Program-made: the position numbers and the translations under genes
The notes under the pieces: model-generated
Told to the model about the DNA's origin: nothing
Database searches by the model: none
Seen by the model: only the letters and a program-made list of their open reading frames with translations
Shown here: positions 1 to 8,445 of the stretch, piece after piece
How the letters are laid out: every line of letters starts with the position of its first letter
Numbering within the stretch: the first letter of the stretch is position 1
NCBI GenBank assembly: GCA_000999095.1
Contig: LCFP01000004.1
Coordinates: 80,930 to 144,929 of the forward strand
Origin: Candidatus Gottesmanbacteria bacterium GW2011_GWA2_43_14
GTDB lineage: Bacteria; Patescibacteriota; Microgenomatia; 2-02-FULL-39-11
Length of the DNA: 64,000 nt
Reading direction: 5' to 3'

Positions 1-604
1 AAGGATGCTCCGGATCAGCTTTCTCGAAAAACTGTTCCGGATCCACCCAGATATTTCTGAATTCAGTTAATTTATCCGGATTGACATATATGGTTACAGG
101 TCGCCTTCGTTTGGCGTCATCAGGGAAGATGTAATTCGGCTGCACTTCGATGGAATCCATCGGGGCGACATACGAAGGCATTGCTGGGTTACCCCAGATG
201 CCTTTTTCCTCGATCAGCTGTTCATTGTTGTAAATAATATCGTCACCCCCGAAAATATAACCCTGATGGATGAGCACATGCTTCCATTGTTTACGATCCA
301 GTATGCCTGCTAAATTTGTAGGAAAAATCTGCCAGTCTTCCTCCGAGGGTATGATACCTATTTCAGGGTTATTTCTTATTCCTTCCTCAATTTTTCTTCT
401 GTAATCGGGATCTTTCATCCTCTCCGTTAATCGCTCCAGTTCCTGAGTCGCCTGAGACTTATTGATTGTAAAAAAATTCTTTTCTTCAAATGTGGGCGGT
501 GGTCTATTCCATTTCGCAAGCATTTTATTTAATCGATCAATTTGTCCTGATTTTGGATATAGGTCTCCGGCGGATATTGAAATTGGCTCATCTGGGAAAC
601 TCAT
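1..604 (-). CDS. hypothetical protein, partial (runs off window start)
   Basis: Manual translation from minus-strand ATG at 604 (MSFPDEPISISAGDLYPKSGQIDRLNKML...) stays open to position 1; no family recognised. Confidence 0.7.
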   Translation of the reverse strand, partial: MSFPDEPISISAGDLYPKSGQIDRLNKMLAKWNRPPPTFEEKNFFTINKSQATQELERLTERMKDPDYRRKIEEGIRNNPEIGIIPSEEDWQIFPTNLAGILDRKQWKHVLIHQGYIFGGDDIIYNNEQLIEEKGIWGNPAMPSYVAPMDSIEVQPNYIFPDDAKRRRPVTIYVNPDKLTEFRNIWVDPEQFFEKADPEHP

Positions 605-683
605 AAATTAATATTATCAAAATACGGAATTTATTATCGAAAACACGTTCTGATTTCTTCCAGTCCGCGCAACAAGATAAATT

Positions 684-708
684 GCGCCTCACAAGGCGCT
701 GTTTTTTT
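684..708 (+). terminator. intrinsic-terminator-like hairpin
   Basis: GCGCCT-caca-AGGCGC followed by TGTTTTTTT. Confidence 0.45.
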
Positions 709-761
709 ATCCAGTAATCCTAAAGGATGAGGAAGTGAGAATGATCAATTATAGTAATAGT

Positions 762-1016
762 ATGTGGTTTGTTTATGTTCTTCTTTGCGGGGATGGCAGT
801 CTGTATACCGGTATCACCGATGATCCTTCTCAAAGACTGGCTGACCACAAACAGGGTAAAGGCGGCCGATATACCAGATCCCACCAACCAGTGGAGATAA
901 TTTATCAGGAAAAGTGCAAAAGCAGAGGTGAGGCTTTAAAAAGGGAGTATCAGATCAAAAGCTGGGATAGGCAAAGAAAAATAAAAGATTTAAATTTGGC
1001 GGCTAAACTAAGATAA
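762..1016 (+). CDS. GIY-YIG nuclease family protein (UPF0213/YhbQ-like)
   Basis: WFVYVLLCGDGSLYTGIT..RLADH..GKGGRYTR..EALKREYQIK; ATG762 preferred because TATAGT at 750-755 lies 6 nt upstream. Confidence 0.9.
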   Translation: MWFVYVLLCGDGSLYTGITDDPSQRLADHKQGKGGRYTRSHQPVEIIYQEKCKSRGEALKREYQIKSWDRQRKIKDLNLAAKLR

Positions 1017-1023
1017 GACCCTT

Positions 1024-1980
1024 ATGAACGATTTACCTCCGGCATTTTTGTCCAGGCTGAAAAAAATTGTACCACCGGAAAATCTAAGCGCAGTTGTAGG
1101 TTCTTTTTCTCTGAAGAAACCGACAACATTCAGGACTAATACCTTAAAAATAAAAACTGAGGAACTACGGGAAAAACTGCAACAGGCGGGACACAAAATT
1201 TCCCGCGTCAATTGGTACGGTGATGCTTTTATCTTTCGGGATCCGCAAAAAAAGTTAACGGAAACGGATCTTTATAAACAGGGATATTTTTACATCCAGA
1301 GCCTCTCCAGTATGATCCCGCCGCTTCTTCTGAATCCCCAAAAGAACGAAAAGGTTTTGGACATAACAGCTGCTCCGGGCAGCAAGACTACGCAAATGGC
1401 GGCAATGATGCAAAACAGCGGTGAGATTTTGGCCAATGATCTGTCCCAGATCAGACTTCTCCGGCTTCAAGCCAATCTGAAAATTCAGGGAGTTGCCAAC
1501 ACCGTCATTAAACATGCTGATGCCAGGTCTTTTTGGCAGGAATACCCGGAGTATTTTGACAAATCTTTAGCGGATGTTCCCTGCAGTCTGGAGGGCACGA
1601 TATATATTCATGATCCAAAAAGCTTCGAGAACTGGTCAATAAAAAAAATAGAGGAACTTGCCAACCGTTCCCGCTGGATTTTGCGGTCGGCATTCAGCAG
1701 TATCCGGGCGGGCGGACGGATCGTCTATTCAACCTGTACTTTAGCTCCCGAAGAGAACGAAGAAGTTATAGATTGGCTTTTGACCAAGGAAAAAGGCAAA
1801 GTTGAAGTTGAGGAAGCTCACATTCCCGGTCTTGATACATATCCGGCATTGAGAGGCTGGCAAGGGAAAGTATATGATCGGCAAATAAAAAAGACTTTCC
1901 GTATCCTGCCGTCTGAGTTGATGGAAGGTTTTTATGTGGCAGTTTTGAGAAAAATCAAATCAAATATAATAAAAGTATGA
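1024..1980 (+). CDS. RsmB/NOP (RsmF-like) RNA m5C methyltransferase
   Basis: VLDITAAPGSKT, DVPCS, YSTCTLAPEENE, EGFYVAVLRK motifs. Confidence 0.92.
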   Translation: MNDLPPAFLSRLKKIVPPENLSAVVGSFSLKKPTTFRTNTLKIKTEELREKLQQAGHKISRVNWYGDAFIFRDPQKKLTETDLYKQGYFYIQSLSSMIPPLLLNPQKNEKVLDITAAPGSKTTQMAAMMQNSGEILANDLSQIRLLRLQANLKIQGVANTVIKHADARSFWQEYPEYFDKSLADVPCSLEGTIYIHDPKSFENWSIKKIEELANRSRWILRSAFSSIRAGGRIVYSTCTLAPEENEEVIDWLLTKEKGKVEVEEAHIPGLDTYPALRGWQGKVYDRQIKKTFRILPSELMEGFYVAVLRKIKSNIIKV

Positions 1981-2768
1981 AAATCATTCCATACGGTACA
2001 AACGGCTTTGTTTCCAGCTTCAACAGGCAAACTGCCTGTTATGTAATTCCGCTTGGTGACCAATTGATAATTCTTGATGCAGGCAGCGGCCTTTTCCGCT
2101 TTATGGAACCGGCAGGAAGAAAACTGCTTAAAGATAAGAGGAAAATAAAAATATTTTTATCCCATTACCATCTCGATCATACTTTCGGCTTTTACGCCGC
2201 CTTTGAAATGTTTGAAAAAGAGGAGGTTGAAGTTTTCGGTTTGGAAGACAGACATGTTTTAAAGGAGTTAGTATCAATCGGTCAGTTTCCGGTCGAATAC
2301 GAAAAAAAACACAGGAATTTCAGCTGGATAAAAGCAGAATCGGGAAAAGATGAAAATGAAGGATTTAAATATTCAACCAGAGTACAAAAGCACCGGTTTG
2401 AGAAAAGTCTTGGTTACAGGCTGGAATTTGAAAACGGCAAAAGCATTGCTTATGTGACGGATGCCGATCCTAGCAGGGAAAGCGTAAATTTTGTGAAGGG
2501 AGCAGATCTGTTGTTGCACGAACATGAAACTCAGAATGTGCCGGAGTATACCAAAGACAGCCGGTTGGAAGATCTGATAAGCAAAGGAGGACATATAACC
2601 ACCCAAGGAGCTGCCCTGATTGCCAAAGAGGCAGGGGTTAAAAAACTTTATTTAATTCATCATAATCCTCCATGTACATGGGCTGAACTTGAAAAAGATT
2701 TGAAAAAAGCAAAAAGAATATTCCCCGAAAGTTTTCTTACCCAAGATTTAGAAGAAATTGAGTTTTAA
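1977..2768 (+). CDS. MBL-fold metallo-hydrolase (RNase Z/phosphodiesterase-like)
   Basis: ILDAGSG, SHYHLDH (HxHxDH), YVTD, GH, LIHH motifs. Confidence 0.85.
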   Translation: MKIIPYGTNGFVSSFNRQTACYVIPLGDQLIILDAGSGLFRFMEPAGRKLLKDKRKIKIFLSHYHLDHTFGFYAAFEMFEKEEVEVFGLEDRHVLKELVSIGQFPVEYEKKHRNFSWIKAESGKDENEGFKYSTRVQKHRFEKSLGYRLEFENGKSIAYVTDADPSRESVNFVKGADLLLHEHETQNVPEYTKDSRLEDLISKGGHITTQGAALIAKEAGVKKLYLIHHNPPCTWAELEKDLKKAKRIFPESFLTQDLEEIEF

Positions 2769-2809
2769 ATATCAATTTTTTGCCGGCCTGAATACGGATT
2801 TGACAGCTG

Positions 2810-2818
2810 TGGTAAGAT
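2810..2818 (+). promoter_or_regulatory. putative extended -10 promoter of the trp leader
   Basis: TGGTAAGAT (TGn-TAAGAT) ending 17 nt before Stem I of the T-box. Confidence 0.5.
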
Positions 2819-2870
2819 ATATAGAGATTTATAAATGCATTGATGGCATATGGTTGGGATGCCGGAGCAG

Positions 2871-2887
2871 CCCCGATAAAATCGGGG
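2871..2887. repeat. CCCGAT-N3-ATCGGG palindrome, copy 1
   Basis: CCCCGAT-aaa-ATCGGGG. Confidence 0.7.
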
Positions 2888-2976
2888 ACGGAGGCGAAAC
2901 CGTAAAAAGACAGCAACGAGTGTCGTAAATAAAACGGAGCTCGTCAGAAATAAGGCTTTCCCGCCTTTTAATGACA

Positions 2977-2995
2977 GTCCCGATTTGATCGGGAT
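2977..2995. repeat. CCCGAT-N3-ATCGGG palindrome, copy 2
   Basis: GTCCCGAT-ttg-ATCGGGAT. Confidence 0.7.
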
Positions 2996-3041
2996 TTTTT
3001 TAAGGAGGGGACGGCAAAACAAGGTGGCACCGCGAGTTATT

Positions 3042-3090
3042 CGCCCTTGATTCCCCGTGAATTATTCCGGGGAAAGGAGGGCGTTTTTTT
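3042..3090 (+). terminator. T-box terminator hairpin overlapping the trpE Shine-Dalgarno
   Basis: CGCCCT(3042-47)/AGGGCG(3078-83) and TTCCCCG(3051-57)/CGGGGAA(3068-74) followed by T7 (3084-90); AAGGAGG at 3074-3080. Confidence 0.85.
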
Positions 3091-4455
3091 ATGAGAAACA
3101 TATTTAAGACACTGAAAATCGGGAAATACCGGGAAGAGAAACTGGATTTAAATATCTCTGCCTTCGAGGTATTTAAGAGGCTTTATCCGCATTATAAAAA
3201 CCTCTTTTTATTGGAATCTTTAGGCGAAGAAGGCCGTTATAACCGTTTTTCTTATGTAGGAACTGCCCCAGATACGGTTTTAACTGCTATAGGTAAGGAA
3301 TTGATTATAGACGGAAAGTTACAGGAAAAAGTTAATCCTTTTGATTACCTGCGCCACTTGCCCAATATCAAATCAAGATCAAGCGGATTTATAGGCGGTT
3401 TAGTCGGTTATTTTACCTACGAAGCCGCCGGCTATTTTGAACCGGGCTTTAAGGGTTTTGAAAATAGCGGTTTTCCCGAATTTAGTTTAGGTCTTTATCT
3501 AGACGGCTTTATTTTTGACAAAAAAGGCCGTAAATGCCGCTATTTCCATTATGGCCGTTCAAGATTAAACCATTTCCTCAAACTGATTAATATGACAACC
3601 GGTAGATTGGCTGATTTTTCTTTTCAACCGTTAAGAAAACCTGATAAACAAAAACACATGGAAATGGTCAGTCATGCGCTTGAGGAGATAAAGAAAGGTA
3701 ATATTTTTCAGGTAGTTTTAGCTGACAAAAACAGTTACCGAATAAGCGGAGATTCCAGAAGGATTTATGCGGCTCTCCGCCAGGAAAACCCGTCACCTTA
3801 TATGATTTATCTTAAATTTGATAACCGGGAAATAATTTCTGCCAGTCCGGAGCTTTTAATTAGAGTTAAAGGCAAACAAATTGAACACTATGGAACCTTG
3901 GCCGGAACAATCAGAAGAGGCCGCGATCCGGATGAAGATCTTCGTTTGGAAGAAAAACTTAAAAATGACGCAAAAGAACAGGCCGAGCATCTGATGCTGG
4001 TTGATCTGGCCAGAAATGATGTCGGACGGATAGCCCAATTCGGTTCAGTGACGGCAGAAAAGATGGGAAGCGTCAAGAAATTTACCCATGTCCAGCATTT
4101 ATTCACAGAAATTCGGGGAAAACTCTTAAACGGTAAAAATTATTTCGATGCTTTAGCAGTCTGTTTCCCTGCCGGAACATTGACCGGCGCTCCGAAAATA
4201 GAGGCCATGAAGATAATAAAAGAGCTGGAGGGAGAATGCAGGGGACCGTATGGCGGTGTCGCCGGTTATTTTTCATTTAACGGTGAATCGATGCTGGCTA
4301 TACTGATCCGCTCTCTGTATATCAGGGGTCAACTGGCTGTAACCGAAACCGGGAGCGGTATTGTATTGGATTCAATCGCCGATCGTGAATTTAAAGAAAT
4401 TGTGAATAAACAGAAGGGCATGGAAAAAACTCTCCGGAAAGCGAGTGTGATATGA
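3091..4455 (+). CDS. trpE: anthranilate synthase component I
   Basis: LLES, NPSPYM, SASPELL, AGT..RG, EHLMLVDLARND, FPAGTLTGAPK; operon context. Confidence 0.93.
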   Translation: MRNIFKTLKIGKYREEKLDLNISAFEVFKRLYPHYKNLFLLESLGEEGRYNRFSYVGTAPDTVLTAIGKELIIDGKLQEKVNPFDYLRHLPNIKSRSSGFIGGLVGYFTYEAAGYFEPGFKGFENSGFPEFSLGLYLDGFIFDKKGRKCRYFHYGRSRLNHFLKLINMTTGRLADFSFQPLRKPDKQKHMEMVSHALEEIKKGNIFQVVLADKNSYRISGDSRRIYAALRQENPSPYMIYLKFDNREIISASPELLIRVKGKQIEHYGTLAGTIRRGRDPDEDLRLEEKLKNDAKEQAEHLMLVDLARNDVGRIAQFGSVTAEKMGSVKKFTHVQHLFTEIRGKLLNGKNYFDALAVCFPAGTLTGAPKIEAMKIIKELEGECRGPYGGVAGYFSFNGESMLAILIRSLYIRGQLAVTETGSGIVLDSIADREFKEIVNKQKGMEKTLRKASVI

Positions 4456-5033
4456 AAACATTAATTATTGATAATTATGATTCTTTTACCTATAACCTTT
4501 ATCAGCTTATCGGAGAATTAGGCGGGAACCCGCAGGTTATTCGGAATGACCGGATTTCACTTGCTGAAATTAAGGCATGCAAATATTCGCATATAGTCAT
4601 ATCTCCGGGACCCGGTAGCCCGGAAGATCCTAATTATTTCGGAATTTGTTCTCAAGTCATTATAAAAGCAGGCAAAAAAATGCCGGTTTTAGGAGTCTGT
4701 CTCGGGCATCAGGGGATTATTCACTGTTTCGGCGGAAAAATAGTCAGGGCCGAACAGATATTGCACGGAAAAAAGAGCCTCATAAAGCATAACCGGCAGG
4801 GCATATTTAAAAATATCAGAAGTCCTCTGTTGGGGATGCGTTATCACTCTTTGGTCGGGGAGAGAATTTCCTTGCCGGCGGAACTTGAGATCACGGCCGA
4901 AACCGATGACGACACCATTATGGGAGTCAAACATAAAAAATTTCCGATCTTCGGCATCCAGTTTCATCCGGAATCAATAGGTACTGAAGACGGATTGCTT
5001 ATTCTGAAAAATTTTCTGGGATCAGGATTATGA
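4452..5033 (+). CDS. trpG: anthranilate synthase component II (glutamine amidotransferase)
   Basis: IIDNYDSFTYNL, SPGPG, GVCLGHQ, RYHSL, QFHPES. Confidence 0.95.
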   Translation: MKTLIIDNYDSFTYNLYQLIGELGGNPQVIRNDRISLAEIKACKYSHIVISPGPGSPEDPNYFGICSQVIIKAGKKMPVLGVCLGHQGIIHCFGGKIVRAEQILHGKKSLIKHNRQGIFKNIRSPLLGMRYHSLVGERISLPAELEITAETDDDTIMGVKHKKFPIFGIQFHPESIGTEDGLLILKNFLGSGL

Positions 5034-6052
5034 ATCTGAATGATTATTTAAAAAAAATTACCGCTGGTGTTAATTTAAGCCGGAATGAAAGCGAAGAATT
5101 GGCAGGTTTGCTTTTGAATCATTCTCCGGAAGATTCAGTCAAAGCCGGGGCAGTTTTGACGGCTTTGAAAATGAAAGGGGAAACAGTCGAGGAGATTTTG
5201 GGATTCGTGCATATATTACGGAAAGAAATGATCAAAGTTCCTGTGGAAGGACTGATTGTTGATACCTGCGGTACAGGAGGCGACGGGCAACAGACTTTCA
5301 ATATTTCCACCGCCGCCGCTCTGGTTGCGGCCGCCTGCGGAGTTATGGTGGCCAAACACGGCAACAGAAAGGTTTCAGGATCAGTCGGCAGTGCCGATGT
5401 TTTGGAAGGATTGGCAGTAAAAATAAATTTAAGCCCCGAGGCAGCCAGCAAGTGTTTGGAAAAGATAAAATTTGCCTTTCTCTTTGCACCCAACTTCCAT
5501 CCGGCGCTTAAAACAATAGGAGCCATCCGCCAACAGTTGAAAATAAGCACGATTTTTAATCTTTTGGGGCCTTTGCTTAATCCCGCAGGAGTCAAAAGAC
5601 AGCTGATCGGCGTACCGAGTTTGGAAACAGCCGAAAAATTAAGTCAAGTTGTCAAAAAGCTGGACTATGAGCATGTTTTAGTGGTTTGCGCCGAAGACGG
5701 TTTGGATGAAATAAGTCTCTATGCCAGGACCCATATTTTTGAAATAAAAAACGGCCGCATCCGGCGGTTTATTTTAGATCCGAAAAGTTTGGGAATTAAA
5801 AGCAAGAATAAAGAATCAATCAAGGGGATTAACCGGAAACACAATGCCGGCATGATTTTGGATATTCTCAAAGGAAATCCTGGTGATCCGCGGGAGATAG
5901 TAATTCTGAACGCGGCTGCTGTTTTGACAGTGGTGGCGGCGGCTAAGAATTTTAAAGAAGGGATCATGTTGGCCAGACAGGCAGTTGATTCAGGCAAAGC
6001 CTTGGAAATTTATAAAAAATTTAAAGCTTTAACTTATGAACTTTCTGATTAA
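5030..6052 (+). CDS. trpD: anthranilate phosphoribosyltransferase
   Basis: DTCGTGGDG, NIST, KHGNR, GSADVLE, FNLLGPLLNP, DGLDE. Confidence 0.96.
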   Translation: MNLNDYLKKITAGVNLSRNESEELAGLLLNHSPEDSVKAGAVLTALKMKGETVEEILGFVHILRKEMIKVPVEGLIVDTCGTGGDGQQTFNISTAAALVAAACGVMVAKHGNRKVSGSVGSADVLEGLAVKINLSPEAASKCLEKIKFAFLFAPNFHPALKTIGAIRQQLKISTIFNLLGPLLNPAGVKRQLIGVPSLETAEKLSQVVKKLDYEHVLVVCAEDGLDEISLYARTHIFEIKNGRIRRFILDPKSLGIKSKNKESIKGINRKHNAGMILDILKGNPGDPREIVILNAAAVLTVVAAAKNFKEGIMLARQAVDSGKALEIYKKFKALTYELSD

Positions 6053-6707
6053 TCTAAAAAAACCATCAGGCTATTTCGCATTAATTGCCGAAATAAAACT
6101 CAAGTCGCCTTCCGAAGGATTTTTGGGAAACGAAAGCCAGGTGGTTGAAATTACCGGTCAATATCAGGAAGCAGGGGCTGATGCTTTGTCGGTTGTAACT
6201 GAAAAAAAACTATTTGCCGGAAATATTAAGCTGATTAAAACCGTCAAAAAAGCCTGCCAATTGCCTGTGCTTTGCAAGGATTTTGTGACAGAGGGACGTC
6301 AACTGAAGGCTATTGCTGAAGCCGGAGCGGATGCGGTTCTGCTTTTGTCCAGAATTCTCAATGACCTTCAGTTGGAAATATTAAAGCAGACGGCTCAAAA
6401 ACTTAATCTTTTGCCTATTGTCGAAGCCGATAATTTTAACGATTTGAATCGGATAAAAAACCGCAACTTTCCGGTAGTGGCCGTAAACGCCCGCAACTTG
6501 GATGACTTAACTGTTGACAGAGACAGAGCCTGCCGGATGCTGAGATTGATCCCGGAGGCAACTTTCAAATTGGCTTTTTCCGGCGTCAGAAACAGACAGG
6601 ATGTCAGGGATTACTTAAAAAGCGGAGCCAGAGGAGTCCTGGTGGGAACGGCTTTGATGAAATCAGCCGACAGAATTAATCTTATCCGGGAATTGAAAAA
6701 GTTGTGA
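6036..6707 (+). CDS. trpC: indole-3-glycerol-phosphate synthase (short N-terminus)
   Basis: IAEIKLKSPSEG, LSVVTE, PVLCKDF, VNARNL, SG, LVGTALM. Confidence 0.92.
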   Translation: MNFLINLKKPSGYFALIAEIKLKSPSEGFLGNESQVVEITGQYQEAGADALSVVTEKKLFAGNIKLIKTVKKACQLPVLCKDFVTEGRQLKAIAEAGADAVLLLSRILNDLQLEILKQTAQKLNLLPIVEADNFNDLNRIKNRNFPVVAVNARNLDDLTVDRDRACRMLRLIPEATFKLAFSGVRNRQDVRDYLKSGARGVLVGTALMKSADRINLIRELKKL

Positions 6708-7294
6708 AAACTAAAATTAAAATCTGCGGGATAAAAACATTGGAGGAAGCCCTTTTCTGCGGCCAGGCCGCCGCTGATTATCTGGGATTTAATTTCGTGC
6801 CAGCTTCATCCAGGCATATCGATATGGATACTGCCAAATCAATAATTGCCGGTTTGCCGTCAGGGAGGCTGGAGACAGTAGGAGTTTTTCGTGATGAGAG
6901 GCCTGAAAAAGTGTTACAGATAGCTGAAGTGTTACATCTTGACTTTGTCCAGTTACATGGAAATGAAAATGAGGATTACGTCAGATTACTGCCGAATTTA
7001 AGGATTATCAAAGTGATCAACGGAGATTCTCTTCCTGAAAAATTTCCGGCGGAATTTGTGATGATTGACCGGGAAATCCAGGGGCAAGGAATGACGGTAG
7101 ATTTCCAAAAACTGTCCAGTCGGCAAATAGGAAAGCCTCTCTTTCTGGCCGGAGGCTTAAAGCCGGAAAACGTCAGGCAGGCAGTGTCCATTGTCAGACC
7201 ATATGCGGTTGATGTCGCTTCCGGAGTCGAAACGAACGGAAAAAAAGATCCGCAGAAAATCAGAAAATTTATAACTCAGGTAAACTCTCTATGA
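6704..7294 (+). CDS. trpF: phosphoribosylanthranilate isomerase
   Basis: KICGI, VGVF, VQLHG, LAGGLKPENV, VDVASGVE. Confidence 0.95.
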   Translation: MKTKIKICGIKTLEEALFCGQAAADYLGFNFVPASSRHIDMDTAKSIIAGLPSGRLETVGVFRDERPEKVLQIAEVLHLDFVQLHGNENEDYVRLLPNLRIIKVINGDSLPEKFPAEFVMIDREIQGQGMTVDFQKLSSRQIGKPLFLAGGLKPENVRQAVSIVRPYAVDVASGVETNGKKDPQKIRKFITQVNSL

Positions 7295-8445
7295 GCAAAA
7301 TAAACTTAACTCCAAAATCAGGCTATTTTGGCGAATTCGGCGGTAATTTTACCAGTGAGTTGTTGTATCCGGCTCTATTTGAACTAAGGAAGGTGTTTTC
7401 CAAATTAAAAAAGGACCGGCATTTTCTGAAAACATACCGGGGATATCTTGGCAGTTATGCCGGCAGGCCGACCCCTTTGTATTTTGCATCCAATCTGTCG
7501 GATTTTATCGGCTGCCGGGTTTATCTGAAGCGGGAAGATTTGGTCAACGGAGGCTCACATAAGCTGAATAACACTTTAGGCCAGGTACTGCTTACGAAAA
7601 CTTTGGGAAAAAAAGAAATTATTACTGAAACAGCGGCAGGCATGAACGGTGTGGCGACTGCCATGGCAGCAGCGGCCTTGGGGCTGACCTGCAAAGTTTT
7701 TATGGGGGTAAGAGACATGGAAAGGCAACGGCTGAATGCCCAAAAAGTTAAATTGCTTGGAGGAGAGATAATTCCGGTTAAAAGGGGAGAAGGAGTCTTG
7801 AAAGATGCGGTATCGGAGGCAATGGTCTATTGGATCAGAAATATACATACGTGTCATTATCTGATCGGTTCAACCGTGGGACCTGACCCGTTCCCGGAAA
7901 TGGCAGCTTTTTTTCAGAAAATAATCGGTTTTGAAACCCGGATGCAAATATTTCAGCAGGAAAAGAGACTGCCGGGAAAAATTATAGCCTGCGGTTCCGG
8001 AGGCAGCAATGCTATCGGTATTTTTCAGGCATTTGTAAATGATTCCTGTGAATTGATTTTCGTCGAAGGGGCGGAATCAGCGGCTTTATCATCGGGATCG
8101 GCCGGCATTTTCCAGGGGACAAAAACGTATATTTTGCAGGATGAGTACGGTATGGACAGGAAAACGACTTCCCGGGCAGCCGGCCTTAACTATCCGGCCA
8201 GGGGTCCGCAGATAAGTTATCTCTATAAATTGGGCAGAATTAAAGCGGAAACAGTAAATAACAGAGAAGCAGTGGCCGCTTTTCGGGAAACAGTGAGACT
8301 TGAGGGTTTGTTGCCTGCTTTGGAGACCTGCCATGCATTAGCGTATTTACTTAGAAACAAAGGGAAGTTTTCTCAAAAAGAACTAATTGTCGTTAATTTC
8401 TCCGGACGCGGAGATAAAGATATGGAAACAGTATTGAAAATATGA
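7291..8445 (+). CDS. trpB: tryptophan synthase beta chain (divergent)
   Basis: GRPTPL, KREDL..GSHKLNN (PLP Lys), GGSNAIG, SGRGDKD. Confidence 0.92.
   Translation: MSKINLTPKSGYFGEFGGNFTSELLYPALFELRKVFSKLKKDRHFLKTYRGYLGSYAGRPTPLYFASNLSDFIGCRVYLKREDLVNGGSHKLNNTLGQVLLTKTLGKKEIITETAAGMNGVATAMAAAALGLTCKVFMGVRDMERQRLNAQKVKLLGGEIIPVKRGEGVLKDAVSEAMVYWIRNIHTCHYLIGSTVGPDPFPEMAAFFQKIIGFETRMQIFQQEKRLPGKIIACGSGGSNAIGIFQAFVNDSCELIFVEGAESAALSSGSAGIFQGTKTYILQDEYGMDRKTTSRAAGLNYPARGPQISYLYKLGRIKAETVNNREAVAAFRETVRLEGLLPALETCHALAYLLRNKGKFSQKELIVVNFSGRGDKDMETVLKI

Larger units (their letters stand above)
2836..3090 (+). ncRNA. T-box riboswitch (Trp specifier), atypical ultrashort Stem I
   Basis: Antiterminator CAAGG-TGGCACC-GCGA..TCGC-CCTTG (3020-3049); k-turn stem TGC-att-GA-TGGCAT[loop ATGGTTGGG]ATGCCG-GA-GCA (2836-2869) with UGG in the loop; lies directly upstream of trpE. 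Confidence 0.88.

Noticed and set aside
762-1016. GIY-YIG gene as a mobile homing element
   Set aside because: Short stand-alone UPF0213 type, in an operon, with no intron or element boundaries
2800-2805. TTGACA as -35 of the trp leader
   Set aside because: No good -10 at 16-18 bp spacing; the extended -10 at 2810-2818 is too close to pair with it
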